A stretch of DNA of 64,000 nt from Octopus sinensis (Eukaryota): assembly GCF_006345805.1 (NCBI RefSeq), contig NC_043006.1, forward strand, positions 34,100,001 to 34,164,000, written 5' to 3'. Below, piece after piece: positions 1 through 12,906 of the stretch (the stretch's first letter is position 1; each line of letters starts with the position of its first letter). Under the pieces are notes generated by a model. The model was not told where the DNA came from. It saw only the letters and a list, made by a program, of their open reading frames with translations, and searched no databases. The position numbers and the translations under genes are program-made.

Positions 1-17
1 TAGAGTATGACACATCT

Positions 18-27
18 TTCCTGCCTA
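18..27. repeat. Left copy of 10-bp target-site duplication TTCCTGCCTA of the RTE insertion
   Basis: Identical 10-mer at 18-27 and 2061-2070 brackets the RTE element. Confidence 0.85.
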
Positions 28-1340
28 ATAATGTTCGTCCTTCGGGTTCGAAGATGACCATTGACATCATTTGGTGGAATTGCTGCTATGAGACCGGAGG
101 AGGCTGGTGAGGCCAATCCGGGCAAGAAAGTCCCCCCCCCCCACAGGTGGGGCAGAAGTAGGTAGGGGCTGTGCTATTGGTGCAGGTGGCTATGGCTTTC
201 CACATCTAGCGTTTCTGTTCTGCTGACTGAATCCGTCTCTCCTCGGCTGTCTTTGCTCCTGTGGTGATTGTGCTGCGCCAGGATGAGCGGTTGGCAGCAA
301 GTGTCTCCCAAGTCTCTGTGCCGATGGAGAAGTCTTTGAGAGAGACTTTGAGACTGTCCTTGAAGCGCTTCTTCTGCCCTCCCACTTTGCGTTTGCCCTG
401 GCTGAGTTCACCGTAGAAGAGCTGTTTTGGGATGTGAGTGTTGACATGCGGGAGACGTGGCCTGCCCATCTCAGCTGGGCCTTGCGCATGATCATGATGG
501 TGCTAGGGAGATCTGCCTGCTTCAGAACTTTCGTGCCTGGGACTTTGTCCTGCCAGCAGATGTGAAGGAGGTTCCGAAGACATCTGAGGTGGAAGTGGTT
601 TATCTGGCGCTCATGCCTTTGGTAAGCAGTCCACGTCTTGCAGCCGTATAGTAGGGTGGTAAGCACGACTGCCCGGTAGACTTTCAGCTTGGTGTTGAGG
701 CTGATTCCTCTTTGCTCCCAGACTTTCTTTTGCAGTCTCCCAAACGCGCTGCTTGCCTTGGAGATTCTGTTGATGATTTCAGCATCTATGTTGGCATTGC
801 AGGAGAGAGTGCTGCCCAGGTAGGTGAAGTTTTCCACCACTCATAGGATCCGTCCGTTCACCTTTATCTGAGGCTCATGGTATTGTTTGCCGGGGGCTGG
901 CTGAAACATCACTTCAGTTTTCTTGGCACTGATGGTGAGACCGAAGTTGTCACTGGCTGATGAGAACCTGTCCATCCCGAGCTGTATCTCCAGCTCATTG
1001 ATTGCGTTAAGGGTGCAGTCGTCAGCAAAGAGAAAGTCTCTGACCACTGTCTCCCTCACCTTTATGACAGTCTGCAATCTTCTGGAGTTGAAAAATTTCC
1101 CGTCCATCCTGTACTTGATGTCGATACCGGACTTGCAGTCCCTGAAGGCATCGGACAGCATTGCCGAGAACATGATGCTGAACAGTGTTGGGGCCAGGAC
1201 ACAGCTCTGCCTGACTCCGTTGGTCACCTGGAAGACTTCAGATGAGTTGCCGTCTTCAAGGACTCTGGCTGTCATTTCGTCGAGGAACTGGCAGACAATT
1301 GCAATAAATTTGCTGGGGCAACCAAATTTTCCCATGACCT
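28..1340 (-). mobile_element. RTE-clade (BovB-like) LINE, non-inverted 3' segment: RT domain, C-terminus and 3' UTR, frameshifted
   Basis: ORF 841-1335 has QSCVLAPTLF and FLFADD; ORF 190-840 has FTYLGS, KLKVYRAVVLTTLLYGC and LRWAGHVSRM; 3' stem-loop CTTCG-GGTT-CGAAG at 40-53. Confidence 0.93.
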
Positions 1341-2062
1341 ACGAGGTGCTGAAAGCTGTCTATGGACTGCAGTCCTCATTTGGATCAACCCCCCTGCTCA
1401 GCTCAGATGGAACCTCACTCCTGACTAACAAGAGGCTGATCCTGGAGAGATGGGCAGACCATTTCAACATCGTGCTCAACCGACCAGCCCAGATCAACGA
1501 GGAAGCCATCGCACGACTCCCCCAGGTGCCGACAAACCATGAGCTGGCTGTTCCCCCTGCAGTCAAGGAAGTGAGCAGAGCCATAAAAAAATGTCCACTG
1601 GCAAAGCTCCAGGCTCTGACGCCATCCCTGCAAAGGTGTTCAAGTCGGGCAGCCCCACCATGATCAGTCAGCTCACCAGCCTGTTCCAGTCGATGTGGGA
1701 CAGGGAACAACTCCCTCAAGAGTTCCGGGATGCAACAATCGTCCACATTTATAAGCGGAAAGGAGATCGGCAGTCCTGCGACAACCAGCGAGGAATCTCC
1801 CTCTTGTCCATAGCAGGCAAGATCCTGGCCCGAGTCCTGCTTGACCGCCTTCTGGAACACTTGGAGCAAGGCCTTCTCCCTGAGAGCCAGTGTGGCTTCT
1901 GCGCGGGTCGAGGGACCACTGACATGATATTTGCCGCCCGACAGCTCCAGGAGAAATGCATGGAGCAGCACCTTGACCTCTGCATGACCTTTGTTGACCT
2001 CACCAGGGCTTTCGATACCGTCAGTCGGGAGGGACTCTGGAAGGTCATGGGAAAATTTGGTT
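1341..2062 (+). mobile_element. Inverted 5' segment of the same RTE LINE (linker and RT N-terminal motifs)
   Basis: ORF 1591-2085 has KAPGSDAIPA, RGISLLSIAGKILAR, ESQCGF, FVDLTRAFDTVSREGLW; it ends at KVMGKFG, where the minus-strand segment resumes. Confidence 0.92.
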
Positions 2063-3330
2063 CCTGCCTATGTGCTAGGGAATAGAGTCTCAGTCTCTTG
2101 AATATTTCCCAGTAGCTTATATGCTGCAAAGAGGCTATCTTCTTCATGTAGCTTCGTTGGATTGCCTCAAGGTCTGCAATTAATTTTACACTGGTTGGTG
2201 ACCATAGCTGGGAGCTATAGTCAAAGTGGCTTAGGACAAGTGTCCTCCAGAGGATCATCATGGTGTCCTGATCTCTTGTTCTAAAAGTTCTAAGAATTCA
2301 TCTGGTCAGCCGCCTGCATTTCATTGCCAACTTAGCAACATGCACATGGAAGGATGCATCATTACTCATGGTCTTGCACTGACTGTGTCTCTGGGATTAC
2401 AATCCCTCCAGGTCCAGTGTATTTAATTGGTGTTTTGCATGCTGATTGCACAAGGCTTGAAACTTTCCAACATTAAACTGCATGCTATTCTTCTCAGCCC
2501 ACTTGTATATTTCATCCAACTCACATTGCAGGTGCATAGCGTCTTCAGGGTTCTGTATCATTTGCATAACTTGTGATCGTGGCTCTCTGCGTGGCTGAGG
2601 CCACATCTGAGAAGGCCATTCTGAACAGTAGTGGTCCCAAACAGTGCCTTGTGGAATACTGCTCACTATTTGCGTGTCATTGGAGGTGGCCCCATTGGCT
2701 ACTACCACCTGACTTCTATCCTTCAGAAAGTCATGCAACCATTCTCCCAATTTCCTGACTATGCTGAGATCACGCAGTTTGTGACATATCATTCCATGAT
2801 TGACTTTATCGAAGGCCTTTGCAAAGTCGAGATATATCACTTCCACATTTGAGTGGTTGAGCAGCTGTTTCAACACCCAGTCATAGTGTTGTAAGAGCTG
2901 AGTCAGGCAGCTTCTCCCTGGTCAGAAACCATGTTGGCTGTCAGTCAGCAAATCTTTTTCCTCAAGAGAGGTGATTAGTTTTCTTCTAACTATTCATTCC
3001 ATGACTTTGCTGATGTGTGAGGTCAGAGAGGTATTTCTGTGGTTTTTGGCCTCTGCTCTGCTACCTCCTTTATGAATAGGGCATAGTTTACCCTCCTTCA
3101 GCTTGCTTGGAAGTTTGCCAGTTGCAAGGAAGCTTTGGAAGAGGGACTGCAGTGGTCTTTCTAGGACTTGCTGACATGTTTTTTGAAGGATTGCTGGAAA
3201 TTCATCTGAGCCAGCAGCTGAGTTTGGGTTCACTTCATCTATAGCCCTTATTACATTGTTGTCTTTTATATTGATGTAATCAATCATCACTGCCTCTGTT
3301 TTTATATCTGCAGTGATAAAAAAGTCAGTT
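2061..3330 (-). mobile_element. CR1/L2-group LINE ORF2 (RT) remnant, host of the RTE insertion; continues at 1-27
   Basis: YLDFAKAFDKVNH, PQGTV, SAAGSDEFPA, PIHKGGS, SLTSHISKVME, FDYSSQLWSP, RLYSL; stops and frameshifts. Confidence 0.88.
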
Positions 3331-3334
3331 GGAT

Positions 3335-3371
<37 letters not shown>

Positions 3372-3720
3372 ATAAATATATGTATGTATGTATAAATATA
3401 TGTATGTATGACTGTATAAATATATGTATAAATATATGTATGTATGTATGTATAAATATATGTATGTATGTATAAATATATGTATGTATGTATAAATATA
3501 TGTATGTATAAATGTATGTATGTATAAATATATGTATGTATGAATGTATAAATATATGTATAAATATATGTATGTATGTATGTATAAATATATGTATGTA
3601 TGTATAAATATATGTATGTATGTATAAATGTATGTATATATAAAAAATGTGTATGTGTGTGTATATATGTATATAATCAATAAAAACATATACAGATACA
3701 AATTACAAATAATATATATA
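3335..3720. repeat. (TG)n and (TATG)n/TATAAATATATGTATG compound microsatellite
   Basis: Direct inspection. Confidence 0.95.
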
Positions 3721-3899
3721 TGGGCATGTATGGTTTGGTGCAAAGACTCAAATATAATTCTAGTAAATGTTAAATCAATGATGGGATAAATAAATTGATA
3801 AACAAGTCAGATAAGACTAAATTAAACATCAAAATATAACAGCCAACATTTGTTATGTTCATTGAAAAATAAAATTGGATCAAAGGTCCATTCTATGCT

Positions 3900-4129
3900 G
3901 TGGGTTCATCAAGCTGGTTCCTTGGATTCTGTGGTGTAAATATATCGACCCCTCTGGAAAGGACACCAGTCGATTGTAGGATTCCTCATTTTTGCCAGCT
4001 GAGTGGACTAGAGGAACATGAAATGAAGTGTTTTGCCCCAGAACACAATACATCACTCAGTCCAGGAATCGAAACCACAATCTTGTGATCATGAGTGCAA
4101 CACACTGACAACTAAGCCACGCATTTCCA
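3900..4129 (-). mobile_element. tRNA-derived SINE
   Basis: Minus strand has A-box-like TGGCTTAGTTG and B-box-like GGTTTCGATTCC; body recurs near 7.7, 15.9, 20.0 and 32.4 kb. Confidence 0.7.
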
Positions 4130-4158
4130 CTTATATCAATACATACATACATATATAT

Positions 4159-4197
<39 letters not shown>

Positions 4198-4599
4198 TAT
4201 CATCACCATCATCATCATCATCATCATTTAGTGTGTATTTTCTATAAATGCATGAATCAGGTGAAAGGATTGTAAGCAAATGTTTCTAGTTTCTAAGACA
4301 GGTAATATCTTTGATGATACAAGAGACAGGAAACAAGCAACTTCATTGATGATGATGATATTCTTTTACAATCATCACATGATGTCTAAACAAAGGTATA
4401 TCTGAGAGGCTTCCTTCAGTTTCCATCCACCAAATCCACTTGTAAGGCTCTGGCCGAGTGGGATTGTAGTAGAAGACACTTACCCAAGGTATTGAGCAGT
4501 GGGACTGAACCCAAGACCACATGATTGAAAGGAATGAAGCAAGCTTCTTAAACACACCTACAGCACACACCTACAGCACACACACACGCACACGCACAC

Positions 4600-4636
<37 letters not shown>

Positions 4637-4825
4637 GTAAATGTATAAGTAGTAGTATGAAGCTGTTGGGGAATAGACAAGCAATAGGTTGGTTCAAATA
4701 TGTTTGTGATGTATTTCAACATCAAAAGGCAATTTCACTGCAGGTTAATCATGATGACAAAATTCTCACTTTAAATAAAAAGGTGTAAGAACACCATTAT
4801 CAGCTGAAATTTCCCTTTGTACACT

Positions 4826-6100
4826 GTTAGATGTATTTCTGGTTTCTTAGCCATCTTCAGTTATCTAAAGCGAGAATTTTTTCTCCACACTAAACTGTGA
4901 AACTGCCCTTAGAAGTTGAATTATGTCTCAAGCATAATTGAACTAACCTAAAATTTACTTTCCATCACTGGTTTACACTACAACATATCATGGATGGATA
5001 GGCAATGGGATCCACAAAGAGACATACTTGAAATTTTTCATTTGGTATTATTGTTTTTGTAAGCAAGGAGAGAAAGTTTCTTCCTTAATGTTCAAGATGC
5101 TAGCTGTTGAAGTTTTTGATATGTAGTTTGTCTATAATATAGAGATTGCATTTCTGCTTCATGTCTTACATATGCTGACCTTGGCTATGATACTTCAGTT
5201 TATTTGAGGGTCCGCACATCTATCTTTTCAGTTCCATACCGTTTTAGACAAAGATGTTGCATATCTTTATTCTTTTCTCTAAACAAAGTCAAGTATTGCA
5301 TGTATCTTTCCTTCAAGGCATCATTCCAATGTCATATTTATGGTTCTGTCTATATCTATGATATTGTCTTTGTAAACTAGTTCTTTTTTCGTGACACTTT
5401 CTGTTCAGAAGACAGCTATTAGAGAATGTACAGTTACTAGATCTCTGTGGAGGGTACTCCTAATAGTATTGTTCTTACTGTAGTTAAAGATCATCAGGCC
5501 TATATTGTAGATGTAACTACAGCATTAATAGTATTTCTATTAAAAATCTTTTAGCATCGATGTGAGTGTGAAAAAAGGCGTGTTTATAAGTATCAATAAT
5601 TGCCATGCTTTGTTTTCAACCACTTTCAAGCCATGTGGGCGGTTATATCACAGGATTTTCCTATGTCTTCATCTTTTTGGCCTAAATCTGGTTTGATATA
5701 GGTTTTATATAGTTCTTAAAGTTAGTTATTCCTAATATGGTGTTGTAATATGAGGCAACTCTTTTGACAGTTGTGCCATCAGATGATATATTGGAGACAT
5801 GCCTACTCATGCTATTAACCAATTGTTTAACTGTATATAGGGAATAATTAGAACCTCTATTGATGTAAGGGTTAGGGTTAGGATCCTCATTAGGTTTGTG
5901 AAATGGATTATATTTAACTGTGCTAAGGTTCATATTAATATCTATAAAACTGATCTTTTTAAGGTTAATCCTAACTGTGATTTTAAAATTAAGTTGAATA
6001 AAATATCTTGCATAATTTTTCATATATTTTATCTTTGTCATGGCCAGTCTAATTATGCACCACTCCTAAACCATCATCCCTATACAACCCCGTAAGGATA
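4826..6100 (-). mobile_element. Penelope-like element relic (RT C-terminus, linker, GIY-YIG endonuclease region)
   Basis: ISFIDINMNL, YNPFHKPNEDP, YINRGSNY, KIFNRNTI and KCNL-like motifs match PLE RT-thumb/linker/EN patterns; heavily degraded. Confidence 0.7.
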
Positions 6101-6619
6101 TGTAGGATGTAAAGGTCAACCAGACCTACTACCTCTTCTCCATCAAGGCTCCCCATAGTGACATTGAGATTCAACTTGGTGCCTCTCAGTAAAGCTCATT
6201 AGTTTTAATGTCTGAGTTGAGACTATTAAACAAGATTACAATCTTTCAGAACATCATCTCCATCATCAAATATCATCTTTATCAGATGTCATCTTCTTCA
6301 TCATCAAATGGATTTAAAGCAGGAACTTTCATTCTGCAAACCAGTGCTAAACGATGTTCTTAGGTATAAGGCTACTGTTCTCATTAATGATTTCATCGTT
6401 ATGGATAAAAATCACAATTTACCCTTAGTTTAATGGTGATGGTGGTGGCATTGGTGATGCTGCTAATGGTGTTGATGATGATGATGATGACAATGATGGT
6501 GACAACAACATCAGTGGCATCTGTGGTGGTGGTGGTGTAGTGGTGATAGTGCTGCTTCTGCAGTTGATGATGATGATAACAACAATGGCAATAGCAATTA
6601 GACAAACATCCAACTGAAC

Positions 6620-7330
6620 AATATGAAAGTGCACACACACATACACACACACACACACTTATGCACACACGCACACTTATGCACACACACCCTCTTATGC
6701 ACACACACACACACTTATGCACACACACACTTATGCATACATGCACACTTATGCACACACACACTTACACACTCATTGTTACACACACACACACTCTTAC
6801 ACACACACTTATATACACTTATACACACTTACACACATGCACACTTACACACGCACACTTACACACACACACTTACGCACACACACTTACGCACACACTT
6901 ACACACACACACACTTACACACACACACTTACACACACACACACACATACACATACTTACACATACTTAGACACACACACACACACTGTTCATGTCATAC
7001 GCACTAACTTACATAGTTGCAAACATAGATATATTAGTGTGTGTGTGTGTGCACACACTTACACACACACACTTACGCACATGCACACACTTACGCACAC
7101 ACACACACTTACGCACACAACCTTGCACACACACACACACTTACACATACACACACTTACACATACACACACTTACACATACACACACTTACACACATAC
7201 ACACTTATACACACACACTGTTCATGTCATATGCACTAACTTACATAGTTACAAATATACAGATATATTAATGTGTGTGTGAACATATGAGTGTGCAATG
7301 TGCATGCAAGCATGTGTGTGTGAGTGTGTG
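6620..7330. repeat. (CA)n-derived CACACACTTA minisatellite with an internal duplicated unique block
   Basis: Repeated ACACACTT(A/AC/AT); block CTGTTCATGTCAT...CACTAACTTACATAGTT at 6986 and 7218. Confidence 0.9.
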
Positions 7331-8074
7331 CAATTATATGTGATGGTAGGGTGGCAAAGTTTGGTTTGAAGATGAGATTTTCCTGGAACTCATTACTTAA
7401 GTAGATGAGTTCCATTAATGAACCTAAAATGACATTTAAATCAGACCACCAAATACTTCCCAAAACCTTTTGAAAATGGCAAAACAACACAGGATGTTTG
7501 TATAGTTGTGTAGTTTTCTCTGCAGTCATGTGATCTTGGGGTTTTATTTCACTGCAGAGTACCACCCTAGGTATGTGTCCTCCACCATGACTTCAAGTTA
7601 TGATCCCAGCCTGGTATGTAAAAAGTCAAGTAAGCACTTTAGACATTACTGTCTTGAGTTCTAGGACTCAAAGGGCTACTCATCTGGTTTCCCCCTGGCT
7701 GGGAAGCCAGTCCATTGTAGGGTTACTTGTTTACAGTTGAATGAACTGGAGCAATGTGAAATGAAGTGTCTTGCCCAAGAACATTGCACTTCCTGATTTA
7801 GTAATCAAAACTGTGATCTTTCACTCATGAATGCAACACCTTAATTGCTAGGCCATGCACCTTCACTACCTGGCACATAAGATTTGGTAGGGAACTGTGA
7901 AACTTGAAGACTATCTGTTGGTCATTTAGTTTAACACCGTTATTTGGTCCTTGGCTACTTTTACAAGAGCCTGCTTCATTTCAAACATTCAAATAAGGGT
8001 CCCTAATCTGAAAATGACACAATACATCGGTGCATTGCTTCTTCTGGTGCAGTCCATAAACCTGAGTTTCTTAC

Positions 8075-8470
8075 TCCCCTCTCTCTCTCTTTCCCCCTCT
8101 CTCTCTCTTTCCCCCTTTCTCTCTCTTTCCCCCTTTCTCTCTCTTTCTCCTCTCTCTTTCTATGTCCTTCCCTCTCTCCCCTTCCCTCTCTGCCTCTGCC
8201 TCCCCTTCTCCCTTATATCTCCCTCTCTCTCCCTTCCCTCCCTCTCTCTCCTCTCTCTCCCTCCCTTCCTCATATTTCTCCCTCTCTCCCTTCTCTCTCT
8301 CTCCCTTCTCTCTCTCTCCCTTCCCTCTCTCTCCTTCCCTTCCTCATATTTCTCCCTCTCTCCTCTTTCTCCCTCCCTTCCTTCCTCATATTTCTCCCTC
8401 TCTCCTCTCTCTCCCTCATATTTCTCCCCCCTCTCCCTCTCTCACTCTCTCTCCCTCCTCCCTCTCTCTC
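8075..8470. repeat. CT-rich polypyrimidine low-complexity tract
   Basis: Direct inspection. Confidence 0.95.
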
Positions 8471-10169
8471 CATACTAGTCTTGGAAGTATATAAAAGATC
8501 ATTAGTGCTGCTTTGGGCATCTGAGAAACATTTACCAAAATGCCTTTCCAAATTTTTAGAAAAGGGTCAACAAATATTGGTATGATCTTCATTGGCTCTC
8601 TGGGCCCTACACTAATGTACTGATTGATCCTTCCACTGATAAACCTGGGTGCTGCTCTTGCTTTCAATAGAAAACATAACAATGTGAAAAGAAAAAAAAC
8701 TGTATATCCATAATGGTTTCTAATTTAGGCACAAAGCCAGCAGTTTTTAAGGGGAGGGGTTTTGTCAATTAAATTAGTACCAGTTCTTGATCAGTTCTTT
8801 ATTTTACTGACTCCCAAAAGGATGAAAAGCAAAGTCCACTTTGACAGGATTTGAACTCCAAACCTACAGAATTGAAACCTATCTTCTACAATTCTGCTAA
8901 TCCACCTCTTTTTACTGATAACATCAAAAATGGAAATACGAAAAATACAGAAATAAAAGAAAGAGATAAAGAAATATAAATAAATAAATATAAGTAAAAC
9001 AAACAATATAAAAACAAAAAGGAAAATAAAAAATATATAAATCCATACATAAATGAAGCAAAAACAAACACATCATATCAGATTATCTATGCAAATATTA
9101 AGCTAATTAGTTGCAATTAATGTTGATGGTCAGATGAGGATGGAGGATCTAATTAAGTGATTGTGTGTTATTTCTTGGCTTTATTTCTGTTGTATTTTTC
9201 TATTTTTCTTAATTGGGATAAATTTCTCCTTTCTATTCTTTATTATTCATTATTCCTTTATTATTCATTATTCCTTAATCACTCACACACACACACACAC
9301 ACACACACACGCATTACTCTTGCAGTTAACATGAAAATATGTTGGAAGAATTGGGAAAAAAAATATGAAAAAATTAGAAGGAAAATTTCAAAAAATTAAG
9401 AGAAATATCTGTGTAGAAGATAGTGGTGCTGGCACCAAGTGAGCTGCGATTTATGGTGTGATATGGTGCTTAGAAATGGCACCAAAAAAGCAGCGAACAG
9501 TATCTGTAGTCAATCAGGTGTGAATGTTGACCGAATTCCAACTGGACATTTATTAAGATTGCTGTCTCCAGACTAGATTTCTCACTGACATCACTATTAT
9601 CAGCATCCTCATAAGTGAGCTATTGAGAGTGCTACTGTATGGTTGCTTAATCTGCTAGAAAGAGTAGCCAAATTTCCCTTGGGTCACTCTGCGATGTCTT
9701 AAAAACATAAAAATGACACTGAATAATGTTGTTCAATGTATCTTATAATTGCGAAAAGGATTCTTTTGAGCGTAAGCCAGCTTGTCCAGGTCTGCCCTGG
9801 GTGTTAAACTGTAAAACCACCATTATCTTTGTCATTGTTATTGGTGACAGAAGAGGTGACAACTGTAATGGCAGCAGCAATGGCTGCAGTGGTGGCATCA
9901 TTGTTGGTATTGGTGTCGAGGGTGATGTCAGTGGTGGAGGTGTCTTACAGGTAATGTCATCTTACAGTTAGACTGTTGCTACTACTACTACCACCACCAC
10001 CACCACTTCCACTACTACTACTACTACTACTAATAATAATAATAATATTTCAAATTTTGGCACAAAGCCAGCAAGTTTTGGGGGAGGGGCCAAGTCGATT
10101 ATATCAACCCAATTGCTCAACTGGTACTTATTTGAACTAATGATTCAGCGAGTTCATCACCTTGATAAT

Positions 10170-10980
10170 AATGATAATAATAATAATCACACAAACTGGC
10201 ACCCGTGCTGGTGGCATGTAAAAGCACCCCGGTATCACACACATGGCACCCATGCTGGTGGCATGTAAAAGCACCCATTTATACTCTGAGTGGTTGGCAT
10301 TAGGAAAGGCATCAGCCATAGAATACCATGCTAAATCAGACTGAAGTCCGGTTCAGCCTTCCAATATGCCAGGCCAGTCAAACCATCCAACCTCTACCAG
10401 TATGGACAACGGACATTAAATGATGATGATGATGATGGGCCTGGTCAATTATATCAACCCCAGTGATCAACTGGCACTTGATTTATTGACCCTGAAAGAA
10501 TAAAAGTTACCAGTAACACATAACAACTAAATAGTGTAATTATAACTCATCCAAGTGAGATTGTAGTCATGGCCAATGCCAGTGTCACTTGACTGGCACC
10601 TGTACCAGTGACATAAAAAGCACCATCCAAGTGTGACTGATGCCAATGTCGCCTGACTGACAACCATGCTGGTGGCACATAAAAAGCACCGTCCAAGCAT
10701 GGCCAATACCAGAACCGCCTGACTGACACCCATGCCAGCAACATGTAAAAAACACCATTCGAGTGTGACCAATGCCAGTGCTGCCTAACTGGCATCCATG
10801 CTGGTGGCATGTAAAAGCACCCACTACACTCTCAGAGTGGTTGGCATTAAGAAGGGCATCCAGCTGTAGAAACCCTGTAGAAATCATATTTGTGTCAAGT
10901 GCAGCCTCCCAGCTCACTAGTTCTCAGTCAAACTATCCAACCCATGTCAGCATGGAAAGCAGATGTTAAACAATGATGAT
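10170..10980 (+). mobile_element. Two copies of the VNTR-containing, (GAT)n-tailed retroposon family
   Basis: Repeated GGTGGCA(C/T)(A/G)TAAAAAGCACC units, shared GGCATTA(G/A)GAAGGGCATCCAGC-like core and TAAA(C/T)(A/G)ATGATGATG tail. Confidence 0.7.
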
Positions 10981-11004
10981 GAATTGTTCTTTAAATTCAT
11001 GATA

Positions 11005-11374
11005 ACTACCTCCACTTTAGCAAAAGCAGAGGCATTGTTTTCAGTTGTGTTTGTTTGTTTGTTTGTGGACAAGATATCTCAAAAACTGCTGGATGGATTT
11101 GGATGAAACTTTCAGGGATATTTGGCCTCATAACTGGAACGAACTGATTAAATTTTGGGATCTATCTGGTACTAGACAAGGATTCTGGATTATTTTTTCT
11201 GTTTTTTTATTTAATTTTTGAAAGCAGTCAAGTTCATTTTTAGTATTCCTATTTGTGAGAGCACTCAAGCTTATTCCAGATATTCACATTTTAAAAATCA
11301 TCTCAGGCTAATTGCTGAGAGAGGACGTTGGTGTTGTCTTGACAGAGGTTTGTGCTCTTTCAGTGTTCTTGTTT
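11005..11374 (+). mobile_element. Non-autonomous Helentron/DINE-1-like element (copy 1)
   Basis: 5' TACCTCCAC with imperfect inverted partner, GTTT microsatellite; homologous to 12907-13272. Confidence 0.55.
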
Positions 11375-11619
11375 TAATTGGTTTATAGCGTAATTAACAC
11401 TGCCTTAGTGCAATGTCCATTTTCATTATATTTAATCCCATTTTAGTTGTCATGAATAAAGAAGTCTAATTAGCAATAGTTTATGCCTGTTCATTCTTTT
11501 TATTCTTTCATGCATCTCAGCCCTCCTAAGGCTGTGGCCATGCTACATTTTTAGTGCCTTTATCAGAGTGTTTTACATATGAACCTTGTTGGGTACTAGA
11601 TAGGTTTTTTTGGTTTTTA

Positions 11620-12040
11620 TTTGCAGTCATTTGACTGCAGCCATACTGGGGCACTGCCTTGAAGAGTTTTGGTCAAACAAATCAACCCCAGGACTTATTT
11701 CTTATGCCTAGTACTTATTCTATTAGTCTCTTTTGCTGAACTGCTAAGTTACAGGGGCATAACTTCACAAACACCAGTGATGGGGAGACAAACACAGACA
11801 CACACGCATGTATATATATATATATATGTAATATGTGACAATTATTTGGTAGCTATGATAAAACTCCGAGTTTCAGATGCTGAGGTGGAAATATATATAT
11901 ATATATATATGATGAGCTTCTTTCAGTTTCCATCTACCAAATCCACTCGAAAGGCTTTGGTTGGTCTGAGACTATAGTAGAAGACACTTGCCCAAGGTGC
12001 CACATAGTGGGACTGAAGCTGGAAACAAGAACCACACCTA
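11620..12040 (-). mobile_element. tRNA-derived SINE (family A)
   Basis: Contains CACTTGCCCAAGGTGCCA and GGACTGAA head and CAGTCATTTGACTG tail seen in many copies. Confidence 0.75.
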
Positions 12041-12906
12041 TATTTACTTTTTATGCTGTTGTTGGTTTTGAAAATATGTTTTATGCATTATGGGTACTCT
12101 ATTCTGTTACAGGTACATCTGTGTGGCGATTTTTTTTTCACTATATCTTGTAACTCCTAGGCAATGTTGAAATATCTTTTGATGTTGTGTCACTGTTTGA
12201 ATGAGTGGCACTGCTTAGTGCTGAAACCACAATGGTTATTAACACAGCAGCTGATGGTGAGATGTCTCTTCTTATAAATTGTTATTTTGATTTATGTAGT
12301 TATTTATACATTTCTTTTTTGGCTCATTCTTTAATGTACTTTTAAGTTCTTCATATCAATGCTATCCCCTGTTCTAGTTCTCGTTATTTAGGGTTCTTTC
12401 ATTGTCTAGTATGGGAGTAAGGGTTTAGTGTGTTTCTGTTGTCTCTTATTTTCATGTTAGGGTTCATATTGGCTTGTGTGTTTAATGAGATCTAGATGAA
12501 GGGTCTAGTTTGGGATTAGAGCTGGATCATCATCAATTTAATGATATACAGGATTTATTAGGTTAGATATTAGCTTCTAATTACATTATGGTACATTTGA
12601 GACACATGCGCACACATACACACATTAGTTGTCAACTCATGTTTGAGTATTTTGTCTAGGAACTTCTTTCTTTGCATGACTTCATAAATGACTTTTTATG
12701 CCACCTTTTTGGCTTCATCACTTCACCCCTTACATGTCGCCCTTCAAACCAAGTTGCTAGGGATACTTCACCTGCTTCATATCGTCATGCCCTCACATGT
12801 GGCTCTTAAAACCAGCAACAGAAAGACACATTCTTTCATATATTTCACATTGACTACATTTGTCTGCTGCTTTTGATATTGCTGCTTGCTTCCTCTTTGG
12901 AATTAC

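Noticed and set aside
923-1663. 246-aa ORF that looks like one protein
   Set aside because: It is a chimera of antisense RT sequence and the inverted RTE segment across the inversion junction
2994-3743. 249-aa ORF; similar long ORFs at 6661-7239, 7951-8478, 27804-28163 and 41528-42190
   Set aside because: They are translations of microsatellite or low-complexity DNA (HT, YI, SL, poly-H/I runs), not genes
6986-7218. The same 232-bp period in this duplication and at 39736-40223
   Set aside because: The sequences are unrelated and of different ages, and this spacing spans slippage-prone repeats; most likely coincidence
12195-12230. TGAATGAG-T-GGCAC-TGCTTA-GTGCT-GAAAC hammerhead-like motif, and a nearby SFDVVSLF peptide
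   Set aside because: The CUGA core is broken, there is no stem I, and the surrounding frame does not extend the RT match
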